64,000 bases of DNA. It comes from an uncultured Spirochaetota bacterium. Lineage in GTDB: Bacteria; Spirochaetota; Brevinematia; Brevinematales; JAOACQ01. The notes below the pieces were generated by a model. That model was not told where the DNA came from. It did no database searches and saw nothing but the letters and a program-made list of their open reading frames with translations. The stretch spans positions 352,001-416,000 of the forward strand of contig CAWAOD010000005.1 in NCBI GenBank assembly GCA_963783575.1. Direction: 5' to 3'. Positions 61,880-64,000 of the stretch are shown here, in pieces. Within the stretch, counting starts at the first letter, position 1, and each line of letters opens with the position of its first letter. The position numbers and the translations under genes were made by a program.

Positions 61880-62689
61880 CTATTTTCCTTTTTCCTTAAT
61901 CTTTTCTATTAATTTACCGGTATCGTCTTCACTCTGATCATTTGTTTCATTATTTGTTAACTCTTCATATTTATTTAATTCTTCAATTACCCTGTTCGCA
62001 TTTTTAATCAGTTTGATTTTTTTCTGATCATCCTTCTTCGCACCCGCCAGGATGCTCTTTAATTCAGCCATATCATTTTTTGCCCTTTCCAGGGTGGCTT
62101 CCAGTGCTTTATTTTCATCCATTGTCAATTCGATTTCCTGGTTATCGGAAGCCTCAACTTCCAACGACTTCGCAAGCTCGGAATCTCTGTCCTCAACCGG
62201 GATATTTACATTTCTGCGGATCGCTACGCGTCCTTTTATTACCGAATATTTTAATTTATTACCATCAGTCTCTACCACGAACTCAGTACCTCTAACTGCG
62301 GCGACAGCAACATCCGATTCAACTTTAAACGATTCGTCTCCTTTCAGTTTTGTACTTATGGTAAAAAGGACTTTCCCCTTTTTAACCTTTATTTCTTCAA
62401 CCTGTTTTTTTAATTTATTTATAGAAACTATTGTATTATCAACAATCCTGAAATTTCCTCTTCCTGGCATAAGAATATCGCAAAATGAATCGGCCCCGGT
62501 TTTAATTGTATCGGCCTCTTTCAATTCCATATCGGGTAACACGGTGGCCCAATTTTGCCCGCTGTTGTGTGAAACGTGAACATCTCCGACAAACAGGCTT
62601 ATGGTATATGTCAGGATTTTATCGGTAAACGCCATGTTGATAATAATAAAACTCATAATTAGTATAATAAGTATTACAAATCTCTTCAT
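61880..62689 (-). CDS. FecR-domain (LipL45-like) exported protein
   Basis: DTIKTGADS, VAAVRGTEFVV, VIKGRV. Confidence 0.75.
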   Translation of the reverse strand: MKRFVILIILIMSFIIINMAFTDKILTYTISLFVGDVHVSHNSGQNWATVLPDMELKEADTIKTGADSFCDILMPGRGNFRIVDNTIVSINKLKKQVEEIKVKKGKVLFTISTKLKGDESFKVESDVAVAAVRGTEFVVETDGNKLKYSVIKGRVAIRRNVNIPVEDRDSELAKSLEVEASDNQEIELTMDENKALEATLERAKNDMAELKSILAGAKKDDQKKIKLIKNANRVIEELNKYEELTNNETNDQSEDDTGKLIEKIKEKGK

Positions 62690-62870
62690 AAAAAAACTCC
62701 TGCAAGTAATTTTCGATTTTTCGAACTGCTCATATATAATACACCTATTATTGCAATAATTAAAGAAATTAATTAATATTTTTGTAGGATGTAGTTTTTG
62801 GCTGTGTAATTATTAAATGAACTTTATTCAACAAGCGTGCCCCTTTGGTTCGGCAGGCTAGGCTAAGGGC

Positions 62871-64000
62871 CATAAGCGCTAACTTGATTCTTGATATTTT
62901 TACAAATCATAGCTATAATATTTATATGGAGGTGGCTATGATTAATGAAGATTGGAATATTTTAGTTTCAATGTTTCCAATAGGTTGGCGTGAAAAGGCA
63001 AAGGAAACGGGTGCATTAAGGGGATTGCGTAAGTGCAAATCTGAGGAGGACTTGCTCAGAACCCTTTTGATTCATCTGGCTGGCGGGTTTTCTCTAAGAG
63101 AAACAGTAGTAAGGGCTCGTGAAGCCAATTTAGCAGATTTATCTGATGTTGCCTTGCTGAAGCGATTAAGAAAGAGTTCGGATTGGTTGGCGTCATTATG
63201 TGAAGGTTTATTTGAGGAGCGAGGTGTGAAACTGGAAAATAAAGATGGATTTGAAGTTCGCCTTCTTGATGCTACTGTAGTTAAAGAACCTGGAAGGACG
63301 GGAAGTTTATGGAAGGTTCATTACAGTCTTAGACTACCTACATTCAAGTGTGACTACTTTCGCGTAACTCAAATGAACGGTATAGGGACGGGTGAGTCGT
63401 TTAAACAATTTGATTTGAAACCGGGTGATTATATTATAGGTGATCGAGGTTATGGTCAGGCTCCGGGAATAAAGTTTGCCGTTGAGCAGAAAGCTTCTCT
63501 ATTGGTCCGCATCAGCCCTCATCATGTTGTAGTTAGCGATTCATCCGGTAAGCCATTTAATTGGCTGGATAGATTATCAGAAGTTTCGAAATCGGGACAA
63601 GCATGTTCATGGAATGTTCATTTACAATGCCCTGATAAAACCACTGTTTCCGGTAGAGTTTGTGTTATAAGAAAATCTGAACAAGCTATTCTTAAGGCTC
63701 ACAAACGTATTAAAAAGCATGCTATAAAAAAGAGTCAGAAGTTAAAACCGGAGACACTAATATATGCGGAGTTTGTGATTGTATTCACAACTTTTGAAGA
63801 GTCAAGTTTTCCGCCGGCAGAAATACTGCGATGGTATAGATTACGATGGCAGGTTGAATTAGTATTTAAACGTTTTAAGCAACTTGCGGAACTTGGGCAT
63901 TTGCCTAAATATACAGATGAAAGTTCCAAGGCTTGGCTGTATGGCAAATTGTTTGTGGCCCTGTTAAACGAAAAACTTATCTGGCAAGCCCAGACTTTTT
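62871..64000 (+). mobile_element. IS4-family element, copy 2, cut by the window end; transposase from ATG 62938
   Basis: IR CATAAGCGCTAACTTG at 62871; reverse complement of copy 1 with a few differences; internal TTGATA-17-TATAAT promoter. Confidence 0.9.

Overview
AT-rich bacterial chromosomal window, probably a spirochaete-like organism (inferred from gene content only). It carries housekeeping and metabolic genes: leuCD, hisC, ribBA, rpoZ, miaA, kdpABC plus a kinase-less kdpD, an NRAMP-type transporter, tRNA-Glu, amtB-glnK-glnD, gatA, plsY and glyS, along with signalling proteins. The most unusual part is an accessory island at about 6.5-19.15 kb. Four unrelated cargo units lie co-oriented there (DUF4300-like, RibD-C/DHFR-like, VapBC, Imm5-like), three ending in an integron attC-like RYYYAAC/RYAYAAC motif. 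They are separated by pieces of one shared, highly structured non-coding element of about 650 nt (reconstructed), built from hairpins with recurrent A(N)GGA and ACGA(T/G) loops. This element has been hit site-specifically by two IS1182 copies and an IS1182-type MITE, and also by IS4, IS21 and IS481 elements. Related hairpin modules with compensatory changes occur at 46.84-47.06 kb. A second family of degenerate AGTC/GACT inverted arrays occurs at three intergenic sites. A 149-bp MITE disrupts a methyltransferase gene. Several single-base frameshifts, including one in gatA, look like sequencing errors. All product calls come from motif recognition by eye, not database searches.
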